Positions 12,963-26,605 of a stretch of 64,000 bases of DNA are shown here, piece by piece. The notes beneath the pieces are model-generated. The model made no database searches, was not told where the DNA came from, and saw nothing but the letters and a program-made list of their open reading frames with translations. How positions within the stretch are numbered: the first letter of the stretch is position 1; each line of letters begins with the position of its first letter. The position numbers and the translations under genes were made by a program. The DNA is from Azolla caroliniana. Lineage: Eukaryota > Plantae > Polypodiophyta. The stretch spans positions 558,001 through 622,000 of the forward strand of contig JBHGNT010000020.1 in assembly GCA_043228905.1 (NCBI GenBank). The letters are read 5' to 3'.

Positions 12963-13785
12963 CCGGTTCTTTGGGTTCCATAGCCTGTAGTAGAATTCCC
13001 TATCAGTTCCATAACCAAGAAATATGCATTTTGTTGCATGGGGTACCAAGTCCAACTTGGTCCTCTTCTCCCTAGGGATGAATGCGTAAGCATCACATTC
13101 GAGAATTCGAAGCTTTTCGTAGGTCGGTTGTTTGCATGACCATAGTGCTTGTGGAACTTCGAGCTTGATTGTTTTCTATGGTGATAGATTTATCAAATAT
13201 ACTACCGTTTGCAATGCTTCGGCCCAGAACTCTAGCTTCAGTTCGGCTTGTTGGAGCATTGTTGTCATCCTCTCTTGGATCGTTCGGTTGATCCGTTGTC
13301 GTGGAGAAAATCGTCCTTAGGCGGAATCGGAGAATAATGTGCACGAACCGGCCCTTACACGCGGGCACAAGTTTTGTTGTGATGTACATATTTAGGTACA
13401 AGTCGGGTGATGTGAATATCCTAGGTCGCACGGATTTGATAAGTAGGAAAACGAGGCATATCTCTGTCCGAAAGGACAAAGAATAAAGATGATGTAACAA
13501 GTTGTAACGACCTCCCTCCTTGGGCTATAAAAGAGAGGGAGAGGAATCGTAAAAAGGATTGCTTTTGTTGAGGACGAAGTGCTGTCGGACTAGGACCGAG
13601 CTCATCTCCTCCGTCTCTCTCTCTCTGTGTTTGCTCTGTGCAGGTTTTCGAGAGGCTGACTCTGCTCCGCAGAATGCCCAAATGCTTCCGGTAGAGTCTC
13701 CATCTCGTTCCTCTGTGTGCGTGTGCGTAGGCGTAGGAGATTTGTTGCTCATTGGCCTGCCGGTTGTAACCCCTTATTCATCAGA

Positions 13786-13787
<2 letters not shown>

Positions 13788-13851
<64 letters not shown>
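13788..13851. repeat. (TA)n microsatellite expanded in the 5' LTR of D only
   Basis: About 32 TA units here against about 4 at the homologous site near 19938. Confidence 0.95.
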
Positions 13852-13856
<5 letters not shown>

Positions 13857-14103
13857 TACGCACTCGTCTCGTTTCCGTTGTTTCATTCGGTTGCGGTTTC
13901 TGTGTATCTGTGTGTGTGTGCGTGGAAGCACGGTCGTTGTCTTTCTTGCTCCTACTCCTGATCGGTTAATGCTCAGTCAAAGACCCCCGTGGTCCCGCCT
14001 CGTTCTATACGCATGCGCGTAACAACACGACATATTTGGTGAACCCGATGTGAAAAGGCGGCAGAGGAATAGAAAGATAAGGGGATCGGAGCTTGCAGAA
14101 GCC

Positions 14104-17100
14104 ATGGATTCAGTTGTGGATCGGATAGTGAGTGCGCGCGAAGGCACAGGCACCCTCGATAGGGCCATTGAAGCGACCGTCGGCATGATAGGCTGGTTCG
14201 GTGGAAAGGACGCCACGAGCTATTTGGAGGCCTACCAAGCCGAAATGGTGATGAGGGACATTCCAGAGGACAGGCGACTAGTCGGATTCCCTCGGGTGGC
14301 AATGTCGGGCATCCATGCGGAGGTGCTCGAGGTACGGGCTGAGAGCCGGACCTGGGAAAAGTTTGAAGGTCGGCTCCATGAGAAATATGGGCTTGATGAC
14401 GCACTTTGGCTATCGAAGCGGGACTTCATGGAATGGGTGGAGACCCCCGAAAAGGGGAGAAACACGTCTGTGCTCCTCCGGGAGTTTGAAGAACGCTTTG
14501 CAAGTCTTTTGGCGCTGGACCGGACCGTACTGGACACAAGTCCTGTCCTATTGTTCGTTAAATCGATGGACGTGAGGGACCAGGAGCAAGTGGGCCTCCT
14601 GATGGAGACCGACGATGGGCTGACGGCCGACTGGGCCGTGGTGAAGAGAGTCTGCAGCCGTTTCGACAAACAGAGAGAATGGGTTGATAAAGGCTCGACA
14701 GGGGCAGGCTCTGTTGCGGTAAGGAAGCTCAAGGTACCCCCACTAGCGCGAAGGGAGGAGACCCGAGATTGGCTTGAGACCGGCTCGACTTCGACTGGCG
14801 TGGTCAAGGGCCCGTCCGGAGTTGTGGCTCTAGAGGAGCTGACTCAGATGGTGAGGGACCTCCAGATTACGCAGCATGGAGGGACGGTGGCGAACAAGCC
14901 TGCGATCGAAGGCCTCCGGCCGGGCATTAGTGCTTGTGGTGCGACGCGGTCGACCACGCCCGGAAGGACTGCGGGGATTTCCCTGAAGCGATAAGGTCTA
15001 ACGTGGTGTACCTGTGGAATGGGCGGGTAGACGCTAGTGAAACCAGGAGGGCCTTGGAATTGAATGTTGGACGAGGGGGAATGAAGCGGATGATGGAAGA
15101 AGTAGCGGCTCACCACTCGGAGACTGTCCACTACTCGGCGTTCGCAGGAATCCGGGTCGGGAGCGATGAAGTTCGGAAGACGAAGGACTCCGGGTTCTGG
15201 CCATTGATGCTAGAAGGCCTCTCCGGCGTACGATTGAGGAAAGAGGAAGCGGACCGCGCAGAAAGATGGGTTCGGGAGGTAACCGGGTGGAGTGACCCAA
15301 TCGAAGAGAAGACGGGCTTCGTAGAAGCCGTGTGCCAGAACTACGCGGTTCTAATGGAAGAGAAGCGTGCAGGGAAAACCAGAGGGGTTGGACCCTCACA
15401 ACGGTATGAGACCTGGTTCGGGTTGAGCCAAGAAGGCCGGTTACCGGTTGAGCACGAAGATCGAAGGGACCACGGACCTGGGAAAGGTCCTTGAGGAATG
15501 GATCCTCGACAACAAAGTGGAGTTGTCATTGAGGGAAGTGCTCGGGATCACCAAGAAGGAGTTCCACGACTCCATCGTAGACTTGGTGAAGCGAAAAAGG
15601 CTTTTGACGAAGCCGGAGCCGGAGAAGCCGGTGGAGGTGCGAACAACGCACCTAGAAGACATGGCCCTGGAAGATGAGTTGGAGGAAAGCCACTATTTGA
15701 GGCTACAGTGGGCCAGAGCCACTACGAAGACCCCCGTTAAGATCGGAGACGTCTAGGAGCCGGTGGTGGCGTTGGTAGACCATGGTTCGGAAATCAACTT
15801 GATGTCCATGGACTTTTACAAGAAGGGCAAGTGGCCGATCAACACCAACCACGGGTGGAAAATACGAGCGGCGACGCGCGCCACGGAGGAGCTACACGGA
15901 GCCTCCCCGAATGTACGAGTGAAAATTGGAGATGTCGAGATCGATCAACACTTCTTTGTGCAGGAGACATCCTCGCATCCGGTGATACTCGGGGAACCGT
16001 ACATCAGAGCGGCATGAATGGAGACGAAGGTGTTGGACAACGGTTCGGTGTACACGCGAGTCAAGAGCCAGGACGGGCGTCACTCCGTCCAGTTTTTGAC
16101 GGTACGACCGAACCATGAACAGAACCGCGAGACCCTTGGCGGCGAAAGCCGAGGGGATTTTTAGAAAGGGCTATCAAGGCGTGGGGCCGCGATAGTCCAA
16201 ACATCCCGAGAAAACCCCACAAATGTAATATAGGGAAGAAAACTTGTACCATAGGTAGGAAGTTTTGGTTCTTCGACAGCAGAGGCTGTACAATAACCGG
16301 CGTCGTTGGCTGGGAGAAGAAGCGGGCAGAAGAGTGACTCAGGGCATGCGGAGTCCTCGGCCCCGAAGAGGAAATCAACGGAGCCGTGGAGGCGGTCTCT
16401 TTCGATGACACCTTGGGGAAGCTACGGGAGGTGTTCGGAGAGGGCCTTAGTGAAGACCGAACGATTTCGGTATGTTCGGAAAAGATGTACGAAGTCATCG
16501 CCGACTAGAGTCGGATCGGACAGCCCGAGTGGACACGAAGTACAAGACTGTGGACCGGAAGGTGAGGCCAGTCGCGGCACCCTTGCCGGAGGGCAGCGAG
16601 TTATGAATGAAAGGGGTTGCGTCAGACCCAAGTTTACGAGATCCGGCCGGCATAGGACACCGGTTCACCGACATAATGCTACAAGAGCTCAAGGTCGGTT
16701 GGGGTGGCTTTCTGCTACCGACAGAGGAGGACCAGTTTCGGAGAATGCTCGGGAGGCACGGAAAGGCCTTCGCATTCTCGCCAGAGGAGATCAGGTGCAT
16801 AGACCATGATTGTGGAACCGATGGTGATCTTCACGGTACTGCATGTACCGTGGAATCTCAAACCAATTCCAATACCTAGAGCTCACATCCCGAAGCTGAT
16901 GGAGCTTCTGAAACAGAAGGTGGATAGTGGCATCCTCGAACCGTCGAGTGCCCCATATTCTAATCGGTGGTTTACCGTGCCCAAGAAGAACAACACGTTG
17001 TGCTTCATTCAGGACCTGCAACCGGTAAACAAGGTGACCATTTGGAACGCAGGAATCAGACTGACCATAGACGAGTTCGTGGGGGCCTTCGCCGGAAGGT

Positions 17101-19377
17101 CAATTTGATGCCCAATGGAGGATAAGGATGAGACAATTGGATCGGACAGATGCCGGGAATTCGTGGCGGACCACGTCGATGACTGCGAGAAGGTGTTGCA
17201 AAGACTAGAGGGCACAAGGCTCACCTTCTCCGGGGAAAAATCGGCCTTCGAGCAATCGGAGATCATGGTCGTCGGACACCTATGCGAGCCATTCGGTCGG
17301 AAACCGTCGCCAGTCAAGGTAGAGGCCATCTCCGCGATGAAGCGCGACTGTAATTCGGTAACGGAAGTCTGGAGATTCTTGGGAGCATGCTCGTTCTACC
17401 ATATCTAGATCCCACATTACGCCCACGTCGGGGAGCCGCTCCATGGATTGTTGAAGAAAGGGCGTAAATTCGAGTGGGGAGAGGAGCATACGGAGTTGAT
17501 CCGGAATATGAAAGAAGCACTTGTTGTGGCGCCGGCACTCCGGAAAGCGGTCTACGGTAAAGACATTCCGATCTACGTGATCGTAGACACGAGTCCGACC
17601 GGAATCAGATGAGTGATCAACCAGGAGGATGAGAATGGCACGAGGTCCCCCATCTGGTTCGGTAGGAAAGTCCTTAGTGAACGACAGTGAGGGTACGCCC
17701 AGGTTAAACGCGAACTCTAGGGTATCATTTCGGCGGTCAAGGCCGACAAAGACTACCTGATCTGGACAGAGGTGATAATTGAGAGAGACTGCCTGCCGAT
17801 TCTCGGTATGGTTTCCAAATGCGCGACACCGGACCTGGCAATGCTCAGGTGGATAGCGTACATCAAGTCCCTAAATCCGGAAATATGACACATTTCTGGA
17901 AAGAACAACACCATGGCTGACATGCTTTCGAGGGCGAGATTCGATGATGAAGACGGCATGGTTTCGGAGGACGAAGAAGTCGGCGTGGACTTCTTCGAGA
18001 TAGCTTATGTAACAACAAGAAAGGGGAGCACTCCGGCGCTTAACGAGTTCGACGGGGATCCTAAAGACAATGACACCGGACGTGGCATGGACAAAGGAAG
18101 AGATCAGCCGAATTCGGAAGAAAGCGTACCGCTTCTTCCTACGGGATGGGTGCATATGGAAGCACCCGAAGAAGAGAAATGGCATCCTGCTCCGGGTTAT
18201 GGCGAAGAAAAAGGAACAGGTGGGATTGTTGACGGCGTACCACGAGAGTCCCTGAGCTGGACACCGTGGGACATGGGCCACATTCAAGAAGCTAAAGGGG
18301 AAGTACTTGTGGCCGGGACTATACTATAACGTGCATCGGTTCATGACGGCTTGCGAAAGCTATCAGATGCACTCCATTGTCCGACATCGGGACGAGCTCC
18401 ACCTGACCTACCCTCCGACCGTCCACTTCAAGTGGATGGTGGATCTCGTGACGATGTCGATGGGGGTAGGGTAGATGCGATATCTGGTGTTGGCTCGAGA
18501 GGACCTGATGAACCAGGTGGAAGGTCGAGCGTTGCCGAAAAAAACGACCGCGGGTGTGTGCCAATTTTTGATCGAAGAAGTGGTATGTTGGTACGGGTGT
18601 GTAGGAAAGATCGTAGCCGACCGCGGAGAACTAGACGCACAAGAGGCTGAAGAGCTGTTTGACCAGCTAGGGGTTAAACTCTCGCTCACCACGGCGTACA
18701 ATCCGGAGGCGAACGGGAAGGTGGAATGCAGACACGGGCCGATCGTCAAAGCGTTAGTACGGGCATGTGGAGGCCAAGTTGGAAACTAGCCGCGGCTCTT
18801 ACCCTATGCATTGTGGGCCGACCGAACTACGCACAGTTCGGTAACCAGGTTCATGTCGGCGGAGCTAATGTACGGGCAGAAGCCGGTCTTGCCAATGGAG
18901 TAAATGATCTCCTTATGGGCCATGGTTGACTAGAGAGACGAGATGAGCCGGGAGGAGCTGTTAGCGACGCGGATCTGACAGCTCAAGCGAAGACCAGAGG
19001 ATGTTGAACGAGCTGCAGAAAAGTTTCGGGCCGTGAGGGTAAAGAACAAGGGATGATTCGACTGGACTCACCGACTAAGGCCGAAGAAAATCGAGGAAGG
19101 CGACTGGGTTCTGGTATATGACAGCATCCTCAACAACCAACACAAAGCGATGCGGAAGTTCACAAGGAGGTGGTTCGGGCCTTACGTGGTGACAAGCGCC
19201 AACAACAACGGGACCTACCATCTCGCGGAGCTTGACGGGACGAGGATGGCAGTAGCGGTGGCCGGGAAAAGGATCAAAGCGTTCAAAAAGCGGCACGAGG
19301 ATGAACCGGACCCGGACGACTTGGATAATGAGGCCGACCGGTTCAGAGCGAATGGCGATCTAGAGGATGAAGGGTAA
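14104..19377 (+). pseudogene. gag-pol of element D, with many stops and the RT core deleted near 17105
   Basis: gag with CMWCDAVDHARKDC, protease ALVDHGSEINLM, RT N-terminus YSNRWFTVPKK..FIQDLQPVN, RNaseH, integrase IVADRGE..TTAYNPEANGKVE, C-terminal RWFGPYVV. No YxDD/FxDD motif is seen. Confidence 0.88.
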
Positions 19378-20328
19378 CGCGGGCTGGTCTTCTTCGGCAA
19401 GAGTCTATTTTGGCGCATACCGGTGGATGCGCAGTTAGGTGGGGGTGGATGTCCTGGAGAAAACCGTCCCTCGGCGGAATCGGAGAATAATGTGCGTGAA
19501 CCGGCCCTTACACGTGGGCACAAGTTTTGTTGTGATGTACATATTTAGGTACAATTCGGCTGATGTGAATATCCTAGGTCGCACAGATTTGATAAGTAGG
19601 AAAACGAGGCATATCTCTGTCCGAAAGGATAGAGAATAAAGATGATGTAACAAGTTATAACGGCCTCCCTCCTTGGGCTATAAAAGAGATGGAGAGGAAT
19701 CGTAAAAAGGATCGATTTTGTCGAGGACAAAGTGTTGTCGGATTGGGACCGAGCTCTTCTCCTCCGTCTCTCTCTTTGTGTTTGCTCTGTGCAGGTTTTC
19801 GAGAGGCTGACTCTGCTCCGTGGAACGCCCGAGTGCTTCCGGCAGAGTCTCCATCTCGTTCCTCTGTGTGCGTGTGCGTAGGCGTAGGAGATTTGTCGCT
19901 CACCGGCCTACCGCTTGTAACCCCTTATTCATCAGAATATATATATGCACATACGCATTCGTCTCGTTTCCGTTGTTTCATTAGGTTGCGGTTTCTGTGT
20001 GTCTGTGTGTGTCTGTGCGTGGAAGCACGGTCGTTGTCTTTCTTGCTCCTACTCCTGATCGGTTAATCCTTGGTCCAAGACCCCCGTGGTCCCGCCTCGT
20101 TCTATATGCACGCGCGTAACAACGAGACACCGTTCTACCTCTCCATTTTGCATGGATGTGTAAGGAATGGTCTTTTGATGCCGGATCCCTTTGTCGGACA
20201 GGTATTTCTTGAAGGCTCGAAATGTATATTTGCCTCTGGTGTCGTAACGAAGTGTCTTCACTCTGTGTCCCGACCGGTTCTCCGCTTGGATTAACCATCG
20301 AGCGATGATCTCAGGTGTTTTGTCTTCC

Positions 20329-20581
20329 CACGGGCGTCTGTATGTGGGACCGACGGACGGATGGGCGTTTGTATGTGGGACGGACGGGCATCATCATCAT
20401 CATCATCATCATCTAGCCACATTGCCACAGCACGGCACGGGCAGCTCACTGTACTGCACAGCACCGTGCGTGCCTTAGATTCGCAGGAGGCGTCGTTTCT
20501 TCTTCTTCCTCAGATCCTTCTCCTCTCCTCTCCTCTCCTCTCCGCCGTTTCCGTTGCCGTTGCCGTTGTCGTCGCTCTTGC
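20329..20581. other. Unclassified ~250-bp insertion in the copia A integrase
   Basis: Interrupts KVWVYSI...DKTPEIIARWL. Begins with the hairpin cccac-gggcgtctgtat-gtggg, followed by GGAC repeats, (CAT)n and a CT-rich tract. Boundaries are approximate. Confidence 0.6.
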
Positions 20582-21550
20582 TATCGAATAGACCCAGACC
20601 TTCCATGCACAATCATTGACGAACGTGATGCAGAGATATTTTGGGCATCGGCCCACATATATTTGTGTGCACAAGCTCTAGGGGCTGATGTACCATCTCA
20701 TAATGAAGAGAGTGCGGACTGGGGTCTATTTCCAGTATCGACAATGCTCGCATAAGTCCATCTTTGCTTGGAGTTTCGGAATGTAGCCAACCACCATCAG
20801 CCGATCGAGTCTGGCTTGAGACATATGGCCGAGTCGGCCATGGCATAAGTTCGACTCGGTCTTTTTGGCTACGCTTACGGCCCCTTCTAGATTGATCGCC
20901 ATCATTGTGTACAAGTTGTTGTACTTGCGCCCATTTCCAATTTCAGGCTTCCTCGGTTGATCATCCATGCCGACTCATTTAGAGTTGTTCAATACCCGTC
21001 CTTGGCTAACACGCCGATGGAGACCAAACTCCTCTTTAGATCGGGTACGTGCCGAACTTGGTGTAGGGTTATCATGTTGCCATTCGGCAGTCGGATGGGG
21101 ACCTCTCCGATCCCTGCGATTATGCACTCTTGCCCGTTTCCCAGTCGCATTGTGCCGCTAGCTTCAGCCGAATAGTTCGAAAACCATTCAATGTTCGGGG
21201 TCACCTGGAATGTGGCGTAGGAATACAACAACCACGTGTGCGCGCTGTAGAGGACTTCTCCAATCATCGAGTGCTCTAATGAGAGGATTTCTCCTGATCG
21301 GGTGTAGACAACATTGACTTGGTTGCCGACTGGAGAGTGATTCGAGTTGGATCGTCCTCGCTTTCGCTTGGATCACCGACCACTTTCTTTCCTATTTATC
21401 GACCAGCAGTTGGAAACATTGTGACCAACTTTTCGGCAATAGGTGTCAGGAACAATACTAAGACAGAGAAGGAATTAGTACTAAAAGAAGTATTAGTACT
21501 AAGAGAGGTGAAGAACTCTCGAGAGAAGGAAAGAGCGAGTGAGAGGGAGG

Positions 21551-21602
<52 letters not shown>

Positions 21603-21899
21603 TGATAAGAAAAGATATATATTATGTGAAGAAAATGTATAGTAGCTAGGAGGCTTAAGACTGGCGTTGAACCGATTTGGTTCGAAATAATGCCTTGTGC
21701 CTCCTTTTATAGTGTTCTAAGGAATACTCCTTAAGTTTGTAGAATGTTCCAGAGAAATCTGGAATATACATCAATTTTCTATAATAAAACATAAATGAAA
21801 ATAATGTTCTATGTATTACAATGCATAGTCTAATGGTCAAAAGCTCGACCCATGTAGCATAAGGTCATGGGTTCGAGTCTTGTCATATAATGACACTAT

Positions 21900-24800
21900 C
21901 CCCCCTTTAAAACGATGAGTGTAACGAGTCGTTTTGGATTGAGGACCCGGTTTGTCTGGATATTGACGATGGAAGTCTTCAAGAAGAGCACGAGCATTGG
22001 TGACATTCTCTATCGGTTCCCAAGTACACTCGTTGGGACTATATCCTAGCCAGTCGACTAGATAGTAGAGCTTGTTGCGAACAAGCTTGGAATCAAGGAT
22101 GGCGGCAACCTCGTACTCAGGTCCATCTTCAAGCTCGATCGGGGGTGGAGGTTGTGTAATACGTCCTGGGATGGTGCTTTCTTGATAGGGTTCGAGGAGA
22201 GAACTATGAAACACCGGATGTATCCAAAGTTGTGGAGGTAGATCAAGACGAAAAGCGACATCATTAATCTTTTCGATAATACGGAAAGGACCTAATCGCC
22301 GATAATCCAACTTCTCGCATGGGCGAGTAGTCTTGATGTGTCGTCGGAGTAGCCATACCCGATCTCCAATGTTAAAACTAGATGGGAGTCGATGACGATC
22401 CACATAAACCTTGTGTGTTTGTTGAGCTTGTTGGAGATGAGTACATAAATCCGCTTGTATCTTGCGTAACCTCTCCAAACGATCCTCTGCGCAAGGATTT
22501 GTGGACACCTCTGGGGTTTCAAGTACACACCACCGGGGGTGACATCCCGTATAAGCATAAAATGGCGTAACTTTCGTGGATGCGTGGATAGAGTTGTTAT
22601 AGGCAAATTCGGCGAAGTGGAGAAAATCTGCCCAGTCATCCTGATGATAGTTGAGAAAGCACCGCAGATACTGCTCCAGCGTTTGATTGGTTCGTTTGGC
22701 TTGGCCGTCGGTTTGTGGGTGGTAGCCGGAGGAGAGGTTACAACTGGGGTCCACGGTCACTGATGATACTATCGGGAAGTCCATGATGCCGACATACTTC
22801 ACGCATGACAATTTCGGCATTGTCTTCACTGGAGATCTCCTTAGTACATGGCAAGAAATGAGCCATCTTCGTATATCGATCGACCACCGTTAGAATCGCA
22901 TTGAACCCCTTAGAGACTGGAAGATCTATGATGAAGTCTAGAGCAATGGATTGCCACGGATTGCTTGGAATTGGTAATAGTTCTAATAAACCATATGGAT
23001 GATGCCTTGGCATTTTCGCTCTGCAGCATGTATCACAAGTCCGAACAAAATCCTCGACAAATTGTCGCATATAGGGCCACCAGAATGATCGTTGTACTAA
23101 ATGTAGTGTTTTAGTACTACCAAAATGCCCAGCTGTATATGTGTCATGACAGTTTTGTACTACTTGAAGGCGGCAAGAACCATTAGGAACATACAAAAGT
23201 TCTTTAAAGAAGAGTAATCCATCATGGTATTTGAATTGCCAATAGTTCGTACCTGGTGGTTGCGACTATGAACACGACGCTCGAGAGGGATCAATTTGTG
23301 CTAGTATAGCTTGGGCGAACGCATCTGTCTTCAAGTCTTCGCGTATGGTATCGATAACGCGGGAATCCATGGGCATGTGAAAGATCTTTGTTGCTTGTAG
23401 TCGTGCCGGTCCCAAGATGACTTGTTTTTGGTTATCGAAAGCTGGCTCGCCGGGACGGGGTGCTAGGTACGAACGCCGTGATAATGCATCGGCCTTCCCT
23501 TGGTGCTTCCCCAGACGATATGTAATTTTGAAGTCGAAACGCGTGAGGAAGTGGGCCCACCGAGCTTGACGTTGATTCAACACACGAGCATCCTGAAAGT
23601 AGGCAAGGTTCTTGTGGTCACTAAATACGGTGACCGGATGAGAGGATCCCTCCAGAAAATGCCTCCATTGCATAAAAGAATCCACTATTGCCAATAGCTC
23701 CTTATCATGAATTTCGTGGTTGATTTCGGCGGCGTCAAACTTGCGTGAGTGAAAAGCCACAGGATGTAGCTTCTCATCATTCCCCTGTTGTGACAGAATG
23801 CTCCCCAATGCAAAATCCGATGCGTCAGCTTCGATAATAAATGGTTTTTCTGGATCAACATGAGCTAGAATTGGAGCCGATGTAAATGCCTTTTTAAGAC
23901 TCTCGAAAGCCACGTCCGTTTCTTCAGACCAAATGAACGGTTGTCCCTTCCTGGTAAGTTGTGTGAGAGGTAGAACGATCTTTGAGTAATCTTGTATGAA
24001 CTTCCGGTAAAAATTGGCAAAGCCTAGGAAGCATTGCACATCCTGCACCGAACGTGGAGTCTGCCCTTCTACCACCGTTTTGACCTTAGCTGGGTCCATG
24101 GAGATGCCTTCTGACGAAATGATGTAGCCGAGAAATTCCACTTGGTTGCACCCGAAACTACATTTTTCCAGCTTTGCATACAGACCATGTTCTCGAAGTC
24201 GTTTTAGTACTAATAGTACATGAGAATCATGTTCTTCTTGGGTCTTTGAATAAACTAGTAGATCATCCAAATAGATGATCAAACAATCATCCAATAGATC
24301 TCGGAATATATCATTAGCCATGTGCTGGAAGACTGCCGGTGCATTAGTGAGGCCGAACGGCATGACCGTATACTCGAAGTGCCCATATCTGGTGCAAAAC
24401 GCGGTCTTCCATTCGTCTCCTGGTCGGATCCGTACGAGGTTATATGCTCCCCGTAAGTCGATCTTCGTGAAGAACCTGGCACCATTGATCCGTTCTAAAA
24501 GACTTGAGATAAGGGGAAGCGCATACCTATTCCTGATTGTAACCTTATTCAGGCCACGGTAATCTACAACAAGACGAAGCGATCCATCCTTTTTCTTGAC
24601 GAAGAAAATGGGCGCGCCGGCTGGAGATTTCGAATGCCGGATGAAACCATTTTCCAAATTCTCCTCTATATAGGCCCGAAGGACTTCCAGCTCGGTTGGT
24701 GACAAATTGTAGATCGGTCCCCATGGCGGCTCTTTTCCCGGTTGTAAATCGATGGGGCAATCGTACGGTCGATGATGAGGAAGTGTGTTGGCTTGTACTT

Positions 24801-25430
24801 TATCGAACACATCGGCGTAATGACGATACTTCTCGGGAAGTTGAACGGTGGATCCTTCTTTAGTGGTTCTGGAGGGGTTTACTAATATTGCAAAGAGGAA
24901 CATTTCCTCCTTGTGCCCTTCTTTACGCAACTGACGTAGCGAAATGGTTGCCATCTTCTGAGTTGACCCTTGGGTTTGTCGATGCCGGATTTCTCTTGTT
25001 CTCCAATCTATGTCTGGGTTATGTAACTCGAACCACGGTAATCCTAAAACTATAGGATGTTCTGGGATACTAATAATATTAAATGATACTACACATGCTA
25101 AGTTATCTAGGACAATATTAATGGGCTCTGACTCTTCTATGATATTTCCGGAAGCAATGGGACGTCCATCAATGAGTAAATGGGACGTCCATCAATGGGA
25201 AGCAATGGTACAAAGGCTGGACACTAGAGTTTTCTTAGGGATATCTTATGAGCTTGAGCAAATTTCTTATCCATAAAGCAAGAGTTAGCTCCGGAATCTA
25301 GGAGTGCTAGGACATGTACTGGAGGGGTACTTTTAGTACTAACTATTACTTGGGCTACGAACACATCACTAACTTGCTTAAAGGGACTGGAACCACTAAT
25401 GGGCTGCACAGATCTAGGGTTGTCCAACCA
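21900..25430 (-). pseudogene. pol: Pol of element E (PR-RT-RH-INT-chromodomain), disrupted
   Basis: LLDSGA, IDLRGAYNLVRI, YLDD, ADASDFALG, HDTYTAGHFG, ISDRGPQ and YEVAAILDS..YLVDWLGY..TWEP. Disrupted by a small duplication at ~25150-25205, a stop at 23266 and a frameshift near 22740. Confidence 0.92.
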
Positions 25431-25453
25431 AACGGCTCCTATTTTGGCTGGAC

Positions 25454-26605
25454 TTAGTCGTTTAACTCTTCTTCTAACTGACTAAGGACATCAAATCTGT
25501 TTGCTAGATCTGGGCTATTAGTACTATTAGGACTATCAGATATCCCTACTGAAATAGGCTCGGGTTTAGTACAATTAGAACTAACGACTATTTGGTTTAC
25601 CTGTCTTCTTGGCCTATGGGGGCAATTTATTGCAATATGTCCTGGTCCACCGCAGTAAAGACATAGTCGATTTGTACGGCGTCGCTGCTTTTCTTTTTCG
25701 GATAATGGCCCTCGACGACGTGTAGTGTCAATCTCCATCGGAGTCGGAGTATTCGCTGGAGGCGCATTATATGACTCCCTCGGAAAAGGTCTTGCTACCA
25801 CTGAGGCGTAGGTGGGCTCTGATCTTGCCCTCAGCATCTGTAGTTGTCGTTCTGAACGACGCTCAAAGAGGCGGTTGTCACATCTCACCGCGCAACTGAT
25901 TGCTTTTATTAAGGACTTTGGCTCTTCGGGGAAGGTCAAGAGTAAATCCTTGACGTCATTGCGTAAACCATAACGGAATTGCTCCATCAACACTTGATCA
26001 TCCCAAGGGATATCAACGGCGAGTAGGCGAAAATCTGCAGCATATGCGGAGGCTGGACGGTCACCTTGGCGTAATCGCCGAATTTTGTTGATTGCGGTCC
26101 TAATGCTGTCAGTATCTCTGAAACATGCTTTAAACTCACCTAGAAACTCTTCAAAATTGTTGAGTAACGGGGATTCCTTTTCTAATAGTGGAGCGAACCA
26201 TGCCAACACTGAGCCACTTAACAAAGTGCCTACTAAACCCACTCGTGATGCATCAGTGGGATACCGGGAAGGATGCATTTGAATAACTAATCGTACCTGG
26301 TTAAGGAACCCTCTAAACTGCGATCGCGTTCCATCGAACTTCGTGGGAAGGCCAATCTTGGGTTCTTTATGAATCCCTTGTGTTCCGGGCCCTTGTTGTT
26401 GCATCGCTACGATGGTTGCTTCAAGTTGTTGCACGCGTAACGCAAGTTCCCCATGCTGTTGTTGCGTTTGCTGCTTTTCTAAGGAGATTTGCTGAAGATC
26501 CCCCAGCAACCGTTGGTTTTCTTGTTCCAAAGCATGGAACTTCTCTTTCATGCATTGAAATTCTGAGAAAACAGATTGATATTCTTCAGCGCTAACAGTG
26601 GCCAT
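25454..26605 (-). CDS. gag: Gag of element E (coiled coil, Ty3-type capsid, CCHC zinc knuckle)
   Basis: Uninterrupted 383 aa with PTKFDGTR..RGFL, LRQG..ASAYAADF, PMEID and CLYCGGPGHIAINCP. Confidence 0.9.
   Translation of the reverse strand: MATVSAEEYQSVFSEFQCMKEKFHALEQENQRLLGDLQQISLEKQQTQQQHGELALRVQQLEATIVAMQQQGPGTQGIHKEPKIGLPTKFDGTRSQFRGFLNQVRLVIQMHPSRYPTDASRVGLVGTLLSGSVLAWFAPLLEKESPLLNNFEEFLGEFKACFRDTDSIRTAINKIRRLRQGDRPASAYAADFRLLAVDIPWDDQVLMEQFRYGLRNDVKDLLLTFPEEPKSLIKAISCAVRCDNRLFERRSERQLQMLRARSEPTYASVVARPFPRESYNAPPANTPTPMEIDTTRRRGPLSEKEKQRRRTNRLCLYCGGPGHIAINCPHRPRRQVNQIVVSSNCTKPEPISVGISDSPNSTNSPDLANRFDVLSQLEEELND

Larger units (their letters stand above)
13297..20129 (+). mobile_element. 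Ty3/gypsy non-chromovirus LTR retrotransposon D
   Basis: LTRs at 13297-14032 and 19450-20129. 4-bp TSD CCGT, whose removal restores the copia A frame QNGEVER/INRTIQE. PBS TGGTGAACCCGATGTG at 14037-14052 and G-rich PPT at 19438-19449. Confidence 0.92.

Noticed and set aside
13559-14022. ORFs with YIYI, SLSL, RERE or poly-C runs (also 9728-10006, 21319-21642, 49429-49920)
   Set aside because: They are translations of microsatellites in LTRs or UTRs.
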